Of a stretch of 64,000 bases of DNA, positions 6,601 through 15,271 are shown in pieces (within the stretch, counting starts at the first letter, position 1; each line of letters starts with the position of its first letter). Position numbers and translations under genes: made by a program. Origin of the DNA: Rhizobiaceae bacterium. Its GTDB lineage: Bacteria > Pseudomonadota > Alphaproteobacteria > Rhizobiales > Rhizobiaceae. The notes beneath the pieces are model-generated. The model was not told the DNA's origin. It saw nothing but the letters and a program-made list of their open reading frames with translations, and made no database searches. The stretch is taken from contig OZ245773.1 of the NCBI GenBank assembly GCA_965227645.1, positions 5,041,242 through 5,105,241 of the forward strand, read 5' to 3'.

Positions 6601-7062
6601 ATGGTAACGACACAATCTAGCACACAGTGCGGCGGTTTGAAGGGTGGAAACACCGCCGCCATTGCAGGGCAGAATACGGGGCAGGTAACGAACCTCGATC
6701 ACCTGCCGAATGACTATGCAATGATCGTCAGCGGCGACAGCCTGGAGCCGCATTATCGGGAAGGCGAGAAGCTGGTCTTTTCCCGCACGGAGAGGCCCGA
6801 GCAGGGAGACACGGTGATCGTCTGGGTTCGGCCTGAGTATGTGGCTCAGGGCTCCCCGCAGTCCTTCATCATGCGCATGGTGCTCCCACCGCATCCCGAT
6901 GCCCAGTATGGCGTGAAGCCACACCCTGACAGCAATGGCGCGTTTGCAGTCGTCTTCGATCTGTTCAAGCCGAACAGCGATCGTGCCTGCTCGCTCACGA
7001 AGCTGCTTGGCATTCACAAATGCATCGGGCGTCTTCCGGAGACAGTCACAGGCAACGCCTGA
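6601..7062 (+). CDS. S24 (LexA/UmuD/CI C-terminal) peptidase-like protein lacking an HTH
   Basis: ATG 6601 follows AAGGAG. MIVSGDSLEPHYREGEKLVF...QGDTVIVWV matches the S24 Ser-motif and beta-strand pattern. No DNA-binding N-terminal domain is present. Confidence 0.65.
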   Translation: MVTTQSSTQCGGLKGGNTAAIAGQNTGQVTNLDHLPNDYAMIVSGDSLEPHYREGEKLVFSRTERPEQGDTVIVWVRPEYVAQGSPQSFIMRMVLPPHPDAQYGVKPHPDSNGAFAVVFDLFKPNSDRACSLTKLLGIHKCIGRLPETVTGNA

Positions 7063-7146
7063 ACCCATCCACCCAGCATCACTTTCACCCGTGCTGCCAC
7101 TGAGACAGGTCTCTAGCCGCAGCCCGGAACCAAAGAGGTAATCGAT

Positions 7147-7596
7147 ATGACACAGGAAAACACAGTCACAAGACGCGGTGTCCTGCATGGAGCAGCGGCA
7201 TTGTCCGTGGGCTTGGCTGCGGGCTGCACGCCGGCCAACGCCAACCCTGATGGCCTGGACGCTCTGATCAATCGCTGGACCGAGCTCGAAGCGCTGAAGG
7301 CGATCGTGGATGAGGAATACGCCGCGATGGAGTCCCATCCGGACCGTCCAAAGAAGAACAGCAGCCAGTGGGACGAGAAAAACGGTTTCAACGCCGCCAA
7401 CCGGAGACAGGGCGAAGTCTACAGCGAGGCGACGCGGATTGAGCGGGAGATTGCATCCTACCCTTGCGACAGCCTGCACACAGTCCAGCGCAAGGCGGCG
7501 TTCTATCTCGACGCCTGCAAGATGGATCTCGACTGGTCGGTCTACCAAGAGGACTTTCGTTCGCTTGTCCATTCCATGGCTGCCCCTACCCACTGA
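7147..7596 (+). CDS. Hypothetical protein with a twin-arginine-like N-terminus (149 aa)
   Basis: TRRGVLHGAAALSVGLAAGC combines an RR motif, a hydrophobic stretch and a possible lipobox. RBS AGAGG. The remainder is a predicted helical domain. Confidence 0.55.
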   Translation: MTQENTVTRRGVLHGAAALSVGLAAGCTPANANPDGLDALINRWTELEALKAIVDEEYAAMESHPDRPKKNSSQWDEKNGFNAANRRQGEVYSEATRIEREIASYPCDSLHTVQRKAAFYLDACKMDLDWSVYQEDFRSLVHSMAAPTH

Positions 7597-7656
7597 TGAA
7601 CTGAACCATGCCGCGAGCCGGGAGACTCGTCGGCCAAACCAAACGGGAGAACTATC

Positions 7657-8355
7657 ATGTCAAATACGCAAACACTTTCACGACGCAATGTCCTGATTGG
7701 AGCATCGATCGCCGCTGTTGCGGCCGGTGCGCCTGCATTGGCTACCGCCCATATTGATCCTGACCTGCATACGTTGCTGGTGCTCGAACGGGAACTGATC
7801 GAAGCGAATGAACATTACGACGCTACAGTCCGGAATCTGGAATTAGCCAGAGAGGAAGCTGACCTGGCTACCGGCCCCGAACCAATGCATCCAAAGACCT
7901 GGGAGCGACATCACAAGCCGAAGATGCCCGAAGATCTGAAGAAGATGGAGGGTGCTGCGATCGCGAGCATACCGGTCGGCGAAGTCCGCCACTATTTGGC
8001 GGATGGCGCGTACAAGATGCCGGAACCCGTTCACGCCTGGCACGCACGCGTCAAAGCGGAGAGAGAGCGGGTTGAGACTGAGTGGGACGAATACAGCGCC
8101 CGCCGCGATAAACAGCGCCGCATTGCCGGATATGACGAGGACCTCTTTGGTGCAGCGTATCAGGACTGTGTGGATATAGCACACTGCCTGTTCGAAGTGC
8201 CCGCCAACTCCCTCGAAGGCATGGCCGTCAAGGTTCGCGCCGCCGAGTTGCTTGGCTGGTTCGATGGTGTCGAGCCTGACGAGGAATTCTATGATTCCAT
8301 CGTCGACGACATCAAACGGCTGGCCGCAGCCGAAACTGGAGATCCAAGGTCATGA
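7657..8355 (+). CDS. Hypothetical protein with a twin-arginine-like N-terminus (232 aa)
   Basis: SRRNVLIGASIAAVAAGAPALATA. RBS GGGAGA. Shares architecture and a P-x-(D/N)SL-x-(T/G)-x(3)-K block with the preceding gene. Confidence 0.55.
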   Translation: MSNTQTLSRRNVLIGASIAAVAAGAPALATAHIDPDLHTLLVLERELIEANEHYDATVRNLELAREEADLATGPEPMHPKTWERHHKPKMPEDLKKMEGAAIASIPVGEVRHYLADGAYKMPEPVHAWHARVKAERERVETEWDEYSARRDKQRRIAGYDEDLFGAAYQDCVDIAHCLFEVPANSLEGMAVKVRAAELLGWFDGVEPDEEFYDSIVDDIKRLAAAETGDPRS

Positions 8356-8612
8356 CGAGATTGGTCAATTACACCGAAATGACACCGGATGAAATTCTGG
8401 AATGTTCCTACACAGCAATGGCTATTGTCGAGATATGTGCAGGGGTTGCAGATAATATCGATGACCTTCGTGGAAAACAGTCAATCGACTATATCGGAGC
8501 CAACCTCTCTCTAGCGTTGAAGTCGGCCCATAGCTTGATGGTGCCAGTGCATGACCATCACGAAAGCCGGCAGGCAAAAGACAAAAACGGCGTCGTGACG
8601 CATATCGTCTGA
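8352..8612 (+). CDS. Hypothetical protein (86 aa)
   Basis: The ATG overlaps the upstream stop (ATGA), suggesting translational coupling. No family recognised. Confidence 0.45.
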   Translation: MTRLVNYTEMTPDEILECSYTAMAIVEICAGVADNIDDLRGKQSIDYIGANLSLALKSAHSLMVPVHDHHESRQAKDKNGVVTHIV

Positions 8613-8636
8613 CCATATGCTTGTGAATGAAGGTGA

Positions 8637-8655
8637 ACGGGGCCAAGCGCCCCGT
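8637..8655. terminator. Hairpin between convergent genes (possible bidirectional terminator)
   Basis: ACGGGGC-caagc-GCCCCGT forms a 7-bp GC-rich stem. The flanking T/A tracts are weak. Confidence 0.35.
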
Positions 8656-8665
8656 ATTCATTGGT

Positions 8666-9565
8666 TCAGTCATCGTCTTCCGGAAACAGCGCGACATGCC
8701 GTCTCCATTCCAGTTCAGTCATCAACTGGCCTTCGACCGTAACGTTATCGCTGAACTTGGAAACATGCTCTGCCATCAGCCGCCTTACAGCTTTGACTGC
8801 CTCTTTACGACCATTGCATCGCTCGTAGTGCTGCCCGACAACCTCGCTAGACCTATTGCTGTCCCATTGAAGGAGTTCAACGAGGGCATACCAGACGCCC
8901 TTTCCACTCCGCCATTGCTGATGAATAGCCAGGTGCCTGTCTGCCATTGCAGCAAGCGCCTCATAGAGCTCCGGTGTCTCGGGAAACTTGTCTTCTGCGC
9001 GCTCCCTGGCTTCAAAGGCAAACCCTTTCAGGCCCGGCTCTGTCAACATTCCGATATGCTGATCGAACATCCAGAAGTCCGCTGATACCTTTCTCATGCA
9101 GCGCTCAGCATCAGCGGTGAACGGCGGCCGTCGCACGGACGTGCCTTTCACAAATTTCAGCCGGTCCGATTTCTTCTTCGGCCACAGGTCGGCAATGATG
9201 ATGTTGATTTCCTTTGGGCCAGGCTCCCAGCGATACTTCTCATCGCGCTTTTTTCTGTCCGTATGCGGCTTGAGATTGACGACCGTTTCGGTGGAGGCGA
9301 GAGAATCCATCACTCCGAAAACGTTGCGCATGGAATCCATCAGCCCCTTTCGGATCTGTCCGTTCTCGTCAAAGTGCCAAATCTCGCCGGAAGTATCCGA
9401 GATGCGGACCGGCTTGCCGTTCTCTCGCTCAAGCAAGACAGAGACTATTCGCTGCGTCGTAAGCGCATACTGCGGTAAGGCGTCGTTGTTTTGGACAAGA
9501 CCCGCCACAAGTCGGTCTGAAAGGCGGAGTGGCGTTTCATCTTCCGGGAAAATATATACGGGCAT
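8666..9565 (-). CDS. Hypothetical protein (299 aa)
   Basis: ATG 9565 has GGAG 8 nt upstream; the track start at 9571 is a TTG. No recognisable domain. Confidence 0.55.
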   Translation of the reverse strand: MPVYIFPEDETPLRLSDRLVAGLVQNNDALPQYALTTQRIVSVLLERENGKPVRISDTSGEIWHFDENGQIRKGLMDSMRNVFGVMDSLASTETVVNLKPHTDRKKRDEKYRWEPGPKEINIIIADLWPKKKSDRLKFVKGTSVRRPPFTADAERCMRKVSADFWMFDQHIGMLTEPGLKGFAFEARERAEDKFPETPELYEALAAMADRHLAIHQQWRSGKGVWYALVELLQWDSNRSSEVVGQHYERCNGRKEAVKAVRRLMAEHVSKFSDNVTVEGQLMTELEWRRHVALFPEDDD

Positions 9566-9665
9566 GATCAATCTCCGACGGCAAAATAGGAAATTAATCC
9601 TATCACCACCGGAGACATTTGCCAGAACGGATTGGGAGGTTTTGCCCGCTATTCAGGTTGGTAGC

Positions 9666-10016
9666 TTACCCAAATCCAAGAACCAACATCTTGCCACCAG
9701 TTACGACAGCCTGAGGACCGCCGCTGTCAGCAATGTGTACTTTTGCAAATGCGTGCCAAGTATGAGCATCAACGCGTTCAACGACACTCTCATTTAAGTT
9801 AAAATCAACAGCACTGTGGATTTCCTCATCTGCCAGATAATGATTTTCTATCCTGAAATGTGTTAGCGTTACGAAAGTATGCATAAAATTAATTGGCCTT
9901 CGCGACCTTATCACTATTTTTTCCGACAATATTTCTTTGTTCCGTATCCCTTCCCATTTTATTCCATATGTATTGACAAATACTATCGATATTCCCTTTT
10001 CAATGTTTTCTTGCAT
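9666..10016 (-). CDS. Hypothetical protein (116 aa), AT-rich 5' half
   Basis: ATG 10016 has GGAG 7 nt upstream; the track start at 10040 is a TTG. It sits upstream of, and on the same strand as, the 299-aa gene. Confidence 0.45.
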   Translation of the reverse strand: MQENIEKGISIVFVNTYGIKWEGIRNKEILSEKIVIRSRRPINFMHTFVTLTHFRIENHYLADEEIHSAVDFNLNESVVERVDAHTWHAFAKVHIADSGGPQAVVTGGKMLVLGFG

Positions 10017-10243
10017 TTGAAACTCCGCTTGTTGATGCAAATATTCATTGACGATTTAGTATTCAATCATAAATAAAAATTAACAACACAATATTAACCT
10101 ATGATTGTGGATAACTCTTTCTTCCGATGCTCAGGGCGGCAGGAGCCGTGAACTTTCACCTTCTGGCGACTTCCTCACGTCTTTGAGAATCAGTATTATC
10201 CTGTCACGCGGCATACCCAACGAAACATACGAGGAGCCGCACC

Positions 10244-10483
10244 ATGCCTTCAATCGAAACACTTTCTGATCTCAAACGCTCGAACGTCACGATCTATGGT
10301 AATTGTGTGGGTCGCCATTGTGGGCACGGCCAAGCGCTGCCGATAGACGAACTGATCGCGCGCTTTGGCGCTGACTATGTGGTGATCAACGAAACGCGGA
10401 TCTCGGCCGCGTTGCGCTGCCAAAGATGCGGCCACAGGGGAGGGATGCTGACGCTTTCAGCGCCGAGTAGTGCCAAATCGTGA
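10244..10483 (+). CDS. Small protein with two cysteine pairs (zinc-ribbon-like), unknown function
   Basis: GAGGAG RBS. CVGRHC and CQRC motifs about 35 residues apart. Confidence 0.5.
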   Translation: MPSIETLSDLKRSNVTIYGNCVGRHCGHGQALPIDELIARFGADYVVINETRISAALRCQRCGHRGGMLTLSAPSSAKS

Positions 10484-10633
10484 TGAACCGAATGCCAGTA
10501 TCAGGCAGTGGAAGAGGGTTATTGAGGAGTGTTTGCCGTAGAATGCGGTGGCGACACGGTGGCGACACGAAGAGGCGAGCCTCCGGACAAGTTATTGCGA
10601 AGCCGCATAATACTCTGATTATAAAGAGAAAAC

Positions 10634-10708
10634 TGGAGCGGGCGATGAGATTCGAACTCACGACCCCAACCTTGGCAAGGTTGTGCTCTACCCCTGAGCT
10701 ACGCCCGC
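10634..10708 (-). tRNA. tRNA-Gly (anticodon GCC)
   Basis: The reverse complement reads GCGGGCGTAGCTCAGGGGTAGAGCACAACCTTGCCAAGGTTGGGGTCGTGAGTTCGAATCTCATCGCCCGCTCCA. It folds as a cloverleaf with anticodon loop TTGCCAA, T-loop TTCGAAT, discriminator U and an encoded CCA. Confidence 0.93.
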
Positions 10709-10901
10709 TTGGCTTCGTCGCGACCGCGTAGAACGCTGCGACCGGGTCACGCCGCAATTTCTTGCGACCGGCGCTATATGGCGCAAGCCTTCGCCAAATG
10801 CAACAGGAAAATGAAACATCGCTGCGCTCTGTCGGGTGGTTGCGCTCGGCCGCCGCTGCGCCTATCTACACAGCCGTCAGATCCTTGAGCGGAGGTTGGA
10901 A

Positions 10902-11411
10902 ATGTCGGCGGAAGCCAAGCCGAAAACGTCGGACGACCTGTTTGCATATCTCGACAGTCTCGACATCTCCCATCGCACGCTCGAACACGAACCGGTCTTC
11001 ACCGTCGCCGAATCGCGGAACGTTAAGATGAAGCTGCCGGGCGGCGACACCAAGAACCTGTTTCTGAAGGACAAAAAGGGCCGCTACTTCCTCGTCACGG
11101 CCCTGCAGGACGCCGAAATCAACCTGAAGACCATTCACACGCTGATCGGCGCCAAGGGCCGCGTCTCCTTCGGAAACGCGGACAAGCTCATGGAGTATCT
11201 TGGCGTGGTTCCCGGATCGGTGACGGCCTTCGGCGCTATCAATGACGACGCCGGTCAGGTCCAGGTTGTGCTCGACAGGTCGCTGATGGACCATGACATG
11301 ATCAACGCGCATCCGCTCAGGAACGACGCGACCACTACGATCGCCCGCGACGACCTCTTGCGTTTCCTCGAATCGACCGGGCACAGTCCGCTTATTGTCG
11401 CGGTTTCCTGA
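10902..11411 (+). CDS. Prolyl-tRNA synthetase-associated (YbaK/ProX-like) editing domain protein
   Basis: ATG 10902 follows GGAGG. HEPVFTVAES...GGDTKNLFLKDKKGRYFLV and PGSVTAFG are ProX-family blocks. Confidence 0.8.
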   Translation: MSAEAKPKTSDDLFAYLDSLDISHRTLEHEPVFTVAESRNVKMKLPGGDTKNLFLKDKKGRYFLVTALQDAEINLKTIHTLIGAKGRVSFGNADKLMEYLGVVPGSVTAFGAINDDAGQVQVVLDRSLMDHDMINAHPLRNDATTTIARDDLLRFLESTGHSPLIVAVS

Positions 11412-11563
11412 AAAAACTTGCGAAACACGGGCTTCGGGCGGCATAAGAGATCACGAGAACAACGAACCGGACAAGCGATCGGACCAATACCGGGATTGCG
11501 TATCCCTTCGCGATGACGCTACGCGCAACCGGCGACCCGGACATACAGACACCGGAGGACACA

Positions 11564-12547
11564 ATGCAGAATGGTGACAACCCCTATGGCGGCTCGGTGG
11601 GCGGCCAAATGAGCGGAACGGTGAATTTCGACGCCGGCGGCGCCGTGCAGCAGGCGCCGGCGGGCGGAGGCGCCCTGATCAAAGATACGACAACGGCCGC
11701 TTTTCGCGACGACGTGATCGGCGAATCGGAAACCCAGCCGGTGCTGGTCGATTTCTGGGCGCCGTGGTGCGGTCCGTGCAAACAGCTCGGCCCGATCATC
11801 GAGAAGGTGGTTCAGAGTTTCGGCGGCGCCGTCAAACTCGTCAAGATGAACATCGACGAGCACCCGGCGATTCCCGGCCAGATGGGCATCCAGTCCATTC
11901 CGGCCGTTGTCGCCTTCGCCGGAGGCAAGCCGGTGGACGCCTTTATGGGCGCCGTGCCGGAAAGCCAGATACGCCAGTTCATCGAGAAGCAGATACGGGA
12001 GCACGGCGGTGGTGGCGGGCCGGACCTCGAAGCCATCCTGGAACAGGGTCGCGCGGCGCTGGAAGCAGGCGACGTCAACGCCGCCGCCCAGGTCTTCGGC
12101 GCCGTTTTGCAGCAGGAGCCGGAAAACGCCAAGGCGCTCGCCGGCATGATGGAATGCCTGATCGCCGCCGATCAGAAAGACCGCGCGAAGGCCATGCTCG
12201 AGGATCTGACGGACGAGCAGAAGGACGTCCCGGAAATTGCGGCGATCGCCGCCCGCTTCAAACTGGAAGAGGAAGTGGCGAGCCTCGGCGATCCGACGGC
12301 TTTGCAAGCCCGTCTCGACGCCGACCCGAACGACCACCAGGCGCGTTTCGACATGGCCAAGATCCTCAACATTCAGGGCGAACGCGAACAGGCCGCGGAT
12401 TTTCTGTTGCATATCATGAAGGCCGATCGCGCCTGGCAGGATGACGGCGCGCGCAAGCAGTTGCTGACGTTCTTCGAGGCGTGGGGGCCGACCGATCCGG
12501 CGACGCTCGCCGCCCGGCGCAAACTGTCGTCGCTGATGTTCTCGTAA
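11564..12547 (+). CDS. Thioredoxin domain plus TPR-like C-terminus (YbbN/CnoX-like co-chaperone)
   Basis: VLVDFWAPWCGPCKQLGP thioredoxin active site, followed by a helical repeat C-terminus. ATG 11564 follows GGAGGA. Confidence 0.85.
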   Translation: MQNGDNPYGGSVGGQMSGTVNFDAGGAVQQAPAGGGALIKDTTTAAFRDDVIGESETQPVLVDFWAPWCGPCKQLGPIIEKVVQSFGGAVKLVKMNIDEHPAIPGQMGIQSIPAVVAFAGGKPVDAFMGAVPESQIRQFIEKQIREHGGGGGPDLEAILEQGRAALEAGDVNAAAQVFGAVLQQEPENAKALAGMMECLIAADQKDRAKAMLEDLTDEQKDVPEIAAIAARFKLEEEVASLGDPTALQARLDADPNDHQARFDMAKILNIQGEREQAADFLLHIMKADRAWQDDGARKQLLTFFEAWGPTDPATLAARRKLSSLMFS

Positions 12548-12659
12548 GGCTTGCTTCGCGCCCCTTGAGAATTGCGCGGTGAGAGCCACATTGTTTTAAT
12601 ATCTTGCGGTCGCCCGGAAAGTTCGGCGCGACTGTATTAATCAAGATCCAGAGGATGTT

Positions 12660-13334
12660 TTGCGGGCAGGCAACAGACATTACCGGACGGAAAAGGATCT
12701 TCCCGACACGGTTTCGCTGTTCCCGTTGTCAGGAGCCTTGTTGCTTCCCTGCGGTCAGATGCCGCTAAACATCTTTGAACCGCGCTATCTTTCCATGATC
12801 GACGACGCTCTGGCGAGCGATCGGCTCATCGCAATCATCCAGCCGCGTTTCGATATCGAAGGCGATGTCGATCGCATGGAGCATCCGCCCCTGTGCACAG
12901 TCGGCACGATCGGGCGCATCACGTCGTTCACGGAAACCGGAGACGGCCGCTACATCATGTCGTTGATCGGCGTTTGCCGCTTTCGCCTGCTTGAAGAAAC
13001 AGCGAGCAAGAAAGTCTATCGGCGTGGCCGGATCGCGCCGTTTATTGGCGACCTTGCCGATGACGCCGGCGCAGACGACGTGGATCGCAAGGCTCTGCTC
13101 CACACATTCAAAACATATCTCGAGGCAAACCAGCTCGAGGCCGATTGGGAAAGCGTCAAGCAGGCGAGCAACACGACGCTGGTCAACACCATGTCGATGA
13201 TGGCGCCCTACGGGCCCGCCGAGAAACAGGCGCTTCTCGAAGCGCCCGATCTGAAGACGCGGGCGGAAACGCTGATCGCCATGACGGAAATTGCGCTCGC
13301 TCGCGATGGCGACGACGAAACCCTGTTGCAGTAG
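12660..13334 (+). CDS. LON N-terminal substrate-binding domain protein
   Basis: [30 protein letters not shown] is the typical Lon N-domain start. TTG start. Confidence 0.8.
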   Translation: MRAGNRHYRTEKDLPDTVSLFPLSGALLLPCGQMPLNIFEPRYLSMIDDALASDRLIAIIQPRFDIEGDVDRMEHPPLCTVGTIGRITSFTETGDGRYIMSLIGVCRFRLLEETASKKVYRRGRIAPFIGDLADDAGADDVDRKALLHTFKTYLEANQLEADWESVKQASNTTLVNTMSMMAPYGPAEKQALLEAPDLKTRAETLIAMTEIALARDGDDETLLQ

Positions 13335-13335
13335 G

Positions 13336-13548
13336 ATGGATGAGGCGATGAGCGACGAGGATGATGATCAGGAGATCGATCGCAAACTTCTCGATATTCT
13401 CGTCTGCCCGCTGACAAAGGGGCCGCTTCGCTACGACCGCGATGCCGCGGAGCTCGTGTCCGAAAAGGCGAAACTCGCCTATCCCGTGCGAGACGGAATT
13501 CCAATCATGCTTCCCTCCGAGGCGCGTCAACTCGAGGACGAAGGGTGA
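13336..13548 (+). CDS. Trm112 family protein
   Basis: [17 protein letters not shown]...[18 protein letters not shown]. Confidence 0.85.
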   Translation: MDEAMSDEDDDQEIDRKLLDILVCPLTKGPLRYDRDAAELVSEKAKLAYPVRDGIPIMLPSEARQLEDEG

Positions 13549-14123
13549 GCAAGCGCGGCGAATTGCGGCGCAGCCAGTTGCTGGCGGCTGCGGCGAACCG
13601 CTTCTGGCGCCAGGGGTTCGGCGCCACCAGCCTTGCCGACATCGCTTCGGACGCCAACGTGCCGCTTGGCAACGTCTACTATTACTTCAAGACCAAGCAG
13701 GATATCGCCGCCGGCGTCGCCGACATTTTCGTCACGGAAACGGAGACGATGCTTCGGGAGGTGGCCGAGGCGGAAGCCGATCCGCGTCGGCGCGTTCAGG
13801 CGCTGATCAGAAGGCTTTCGGAATCCAATCGCAGCCGGGTCGAGCGCGGTTGCCCGATCGCGCTTGCGGCGCGGGACTTCAGTGAGGCGGCGCCCGCCGC
13901 GGCGAGACGCGCCGCGAGCGCCTTCGAATTGCTGATCGGCTTCATCGGGCGGGAGCTGCAACGCACCGGCGCGCGGCCGTCCATCGCGCTCTCCCGCGCG
14001 CGCGAAATCATCGTCGAATGGCAGGGCGGTATAGCGCTGGCCCACGCGCTGGAGGATCCGACGATCCTGGCGGAGGCGATGCGCCGCGCCGAACAGAAGC
14101 TGCTCCAGTCAAATTACCAGTAG
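13545..14123 (+). CDS. TetR/AcrR family transcriptional regulator
   Basis: [35 protein letters not shown] is a TetR HTH. GTG start. Confidence 0.85.
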   Translation: MSKRGELRRSQLLAAAANRFWRQGFGATSLADIASDANVPLGNVYYYFKTKQDIAAGVADIFVTETETMLREVAEAEADPRRRVQALIRRLSESNRSRVERGCPIALAARDFSEAAPAAARRAASAFELLIGFIGRELQRTGARPSIALSRAREIIVEWQGGIALAHALEDPTILAEAMRRAEQKLLQSNYQ

Positions 14124-14136
14124 GCAGGCCGCCGCG

Positions 14137-15267
14137 TCAGTCCAGCGTGCGCCGGTACCGCAACATCGCAATGATCGTGACAACAGTTACGATGATCACA
14201 AGCGCTCTCAGGTCCGGCGCGATATCGGTCAGACCGGCGCCCTTCAGCATCACCTTGCGGATTATGCGAATGAAATGGGTGGTGGGAATGATCGTGCCGA
14301 TCGCCTGCGCCCACCCGGGCATGGCTGCAAAGGGAAACATGAAGCCAGACAGCAGGATCGACGGCAGCATATAGAAGAACGACATCTGCATGGCCTGCAT
14401 CTGGCTCTTGGCGATCGTCGAATAGAGAAAGCCCAGCGCCAGGTTGACGAGGATGAAAAGGTTCAACCCGATGAGAAACGGCAGCGCCCGGCCTTCAAAA
14501 GGCACGCCGAAGACAAGGAACGCCAGAAAGAAGAAGACGAGCGTCTGCACATAGCCGATCAGGACGTAAGGAATGATCTTGCCGAGCATGACCTCCGGGG
14601 CGCGGGCGGGTGTCGCAAGCAGCGTCTCCATGGTGCCGCGCTCGCTTTCGCGCACGATGGCGATCGCGGTGATCATCACCATGGTCATGGAAATGATGAT
14701 TGCGAGCAGACCTGGAACGATGTTGAAGCTGGTTTTTCCGGCCGGATTGTAGCGCTTGTGGGCGATGACGTTAAAGGCTTCAGGTTCCGGCTGCAGATAG
14801 CTCAGCGGCCCGATGGCCAGATCCTGAACCGCATTGGCGGCAATCAGGGTCAGGGCGCTGGTGGCCGCGCCCGCGGTCGCCGGATCCGAGGCGTCGACAT
14901 CGACCAGCAGAGAGGGCCTGCGCCCGCGGATGATGTCGCGTTCGAAATTTTCCGGAATGGTGACGACGAAGGCGGCGCGGCCGGATTTCAGCGCATGATC
15001 GGCTTCTCGGGCGTTGCCGACCGTGCCCCGGAAATCGAAATAGGTCGAAATCCGCATCGCGGAAATGAAACTGCGGGTAAACGGACCGCTTTCGTGAACC
15101 TCCACGAGCGAAGGCAGGTGACGCGGGTCTGAATTGATCGCATAGCCGAAGAGCAGCAATTGCATGATCGGTATCGCGATCATCATCGCGAACGTCATGC
15201 GGTCTCGCCGCATCTGGATGAATTCCTTGTTGAGGATCGCCATGAACCGGCTTGCGGAAAGCGCCAT
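14137..15267 (-). CDS. ABC-2 type transporter permease
   Basis: A large N-terminal loop followed by six TM helices, YhhJ/YbhR-like. Last gene of the tetR-hlyD-ABC operon. Confidence 0.85.
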   Translation of the reverse strand: MALSASRFMAILNKEFIQMRRDRMTFAMMIAIPIMQLLLFGYAINSDPRHLPSLVEVHESGPFTRSFISAMRISTYFDFRGTVGNAREADHALKSGRAAFVVTIPENFERDIIRGRRPSLLVDVDASDPATAGAATSALTLIAANAVQDLAIGPLSYLQPEPEAFNVIAHKRYNPAGKTSFNIVPGLLAIIISMTMVMITAIAIVRESERGTMETLLATPARAPEVMLGKIIPYVLIGYVQTLVFFFLAFLVFGVPFEGRALPFLIGLNLFILVNLALGFLYSTIAKSQMQAMQMSFFYMLPSILLSGFMFPFAAMPGWAQAIGTIIPTTHFIRIIRKVMLKGAGLTDIAPDLRALVIIVTVVTIIAMLRYRRTLD

Positions 15268-15271
15268 CGGC

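Larger units (their letters stand above)
1..10633. mobile_element. Partial genomic island next to tRNA-Gly. The left end lies outside the window.
   Basis: Abuts the 3' end of tRNA-Gly(GCC). It is visibly AT-richer and more patchy than the flanking core (judged by eye, not computed). Gene content is TA, Abi, KAP NTPase and orphan ORFs. No integrase or att repeat was found in the window. Confidence 0.5.

Noticed and set aside
6565-7593. 342-aa minus-strand ORF spanning the S24-like and first RR-motif genes
   Set aside because: It is Arg/Ala/Gly-rich with no RBS and no recognisable motif. It lies antisense to ORFs that have RBSs and an S24 motif. This is typical of shadow ORFs in GC-rich DNA.
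6210-9565. Prophage remnant
   Set aside because: An HTH and an S24-like gene are present. No capsid, terminase, tail, lysis, integrase or replication genes are recognisable, so I do not call it a prophage.
9096-9797. 233-aa plus-strand ORF
   Set aside because: It lies antisense to the 299-aa gene, which has a good RBS. Its sequence is Ser/Arg/Phe-rich and low-complexity, with no RBS.
11519-12589. 356-aa ORF antisense to the thioredoxin-TPR gene. Similar long antisense or out-of-frame ORFs occur at 23283-25010, 37024-38109, 39898-40869, 43444-44346, 47631-48569, 20871-21491 and 32732-33754.
   Set aside because: All overlap strongly supported housekeeping genes (WCGPC thioredoxin, ftsK, the hemY-like gene, MFS, typA, argG, amtB, hemC). 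All have the Arg/Gly/Pro/Ala-rich composition characteristic of non-coding frames in high-GC genomes.
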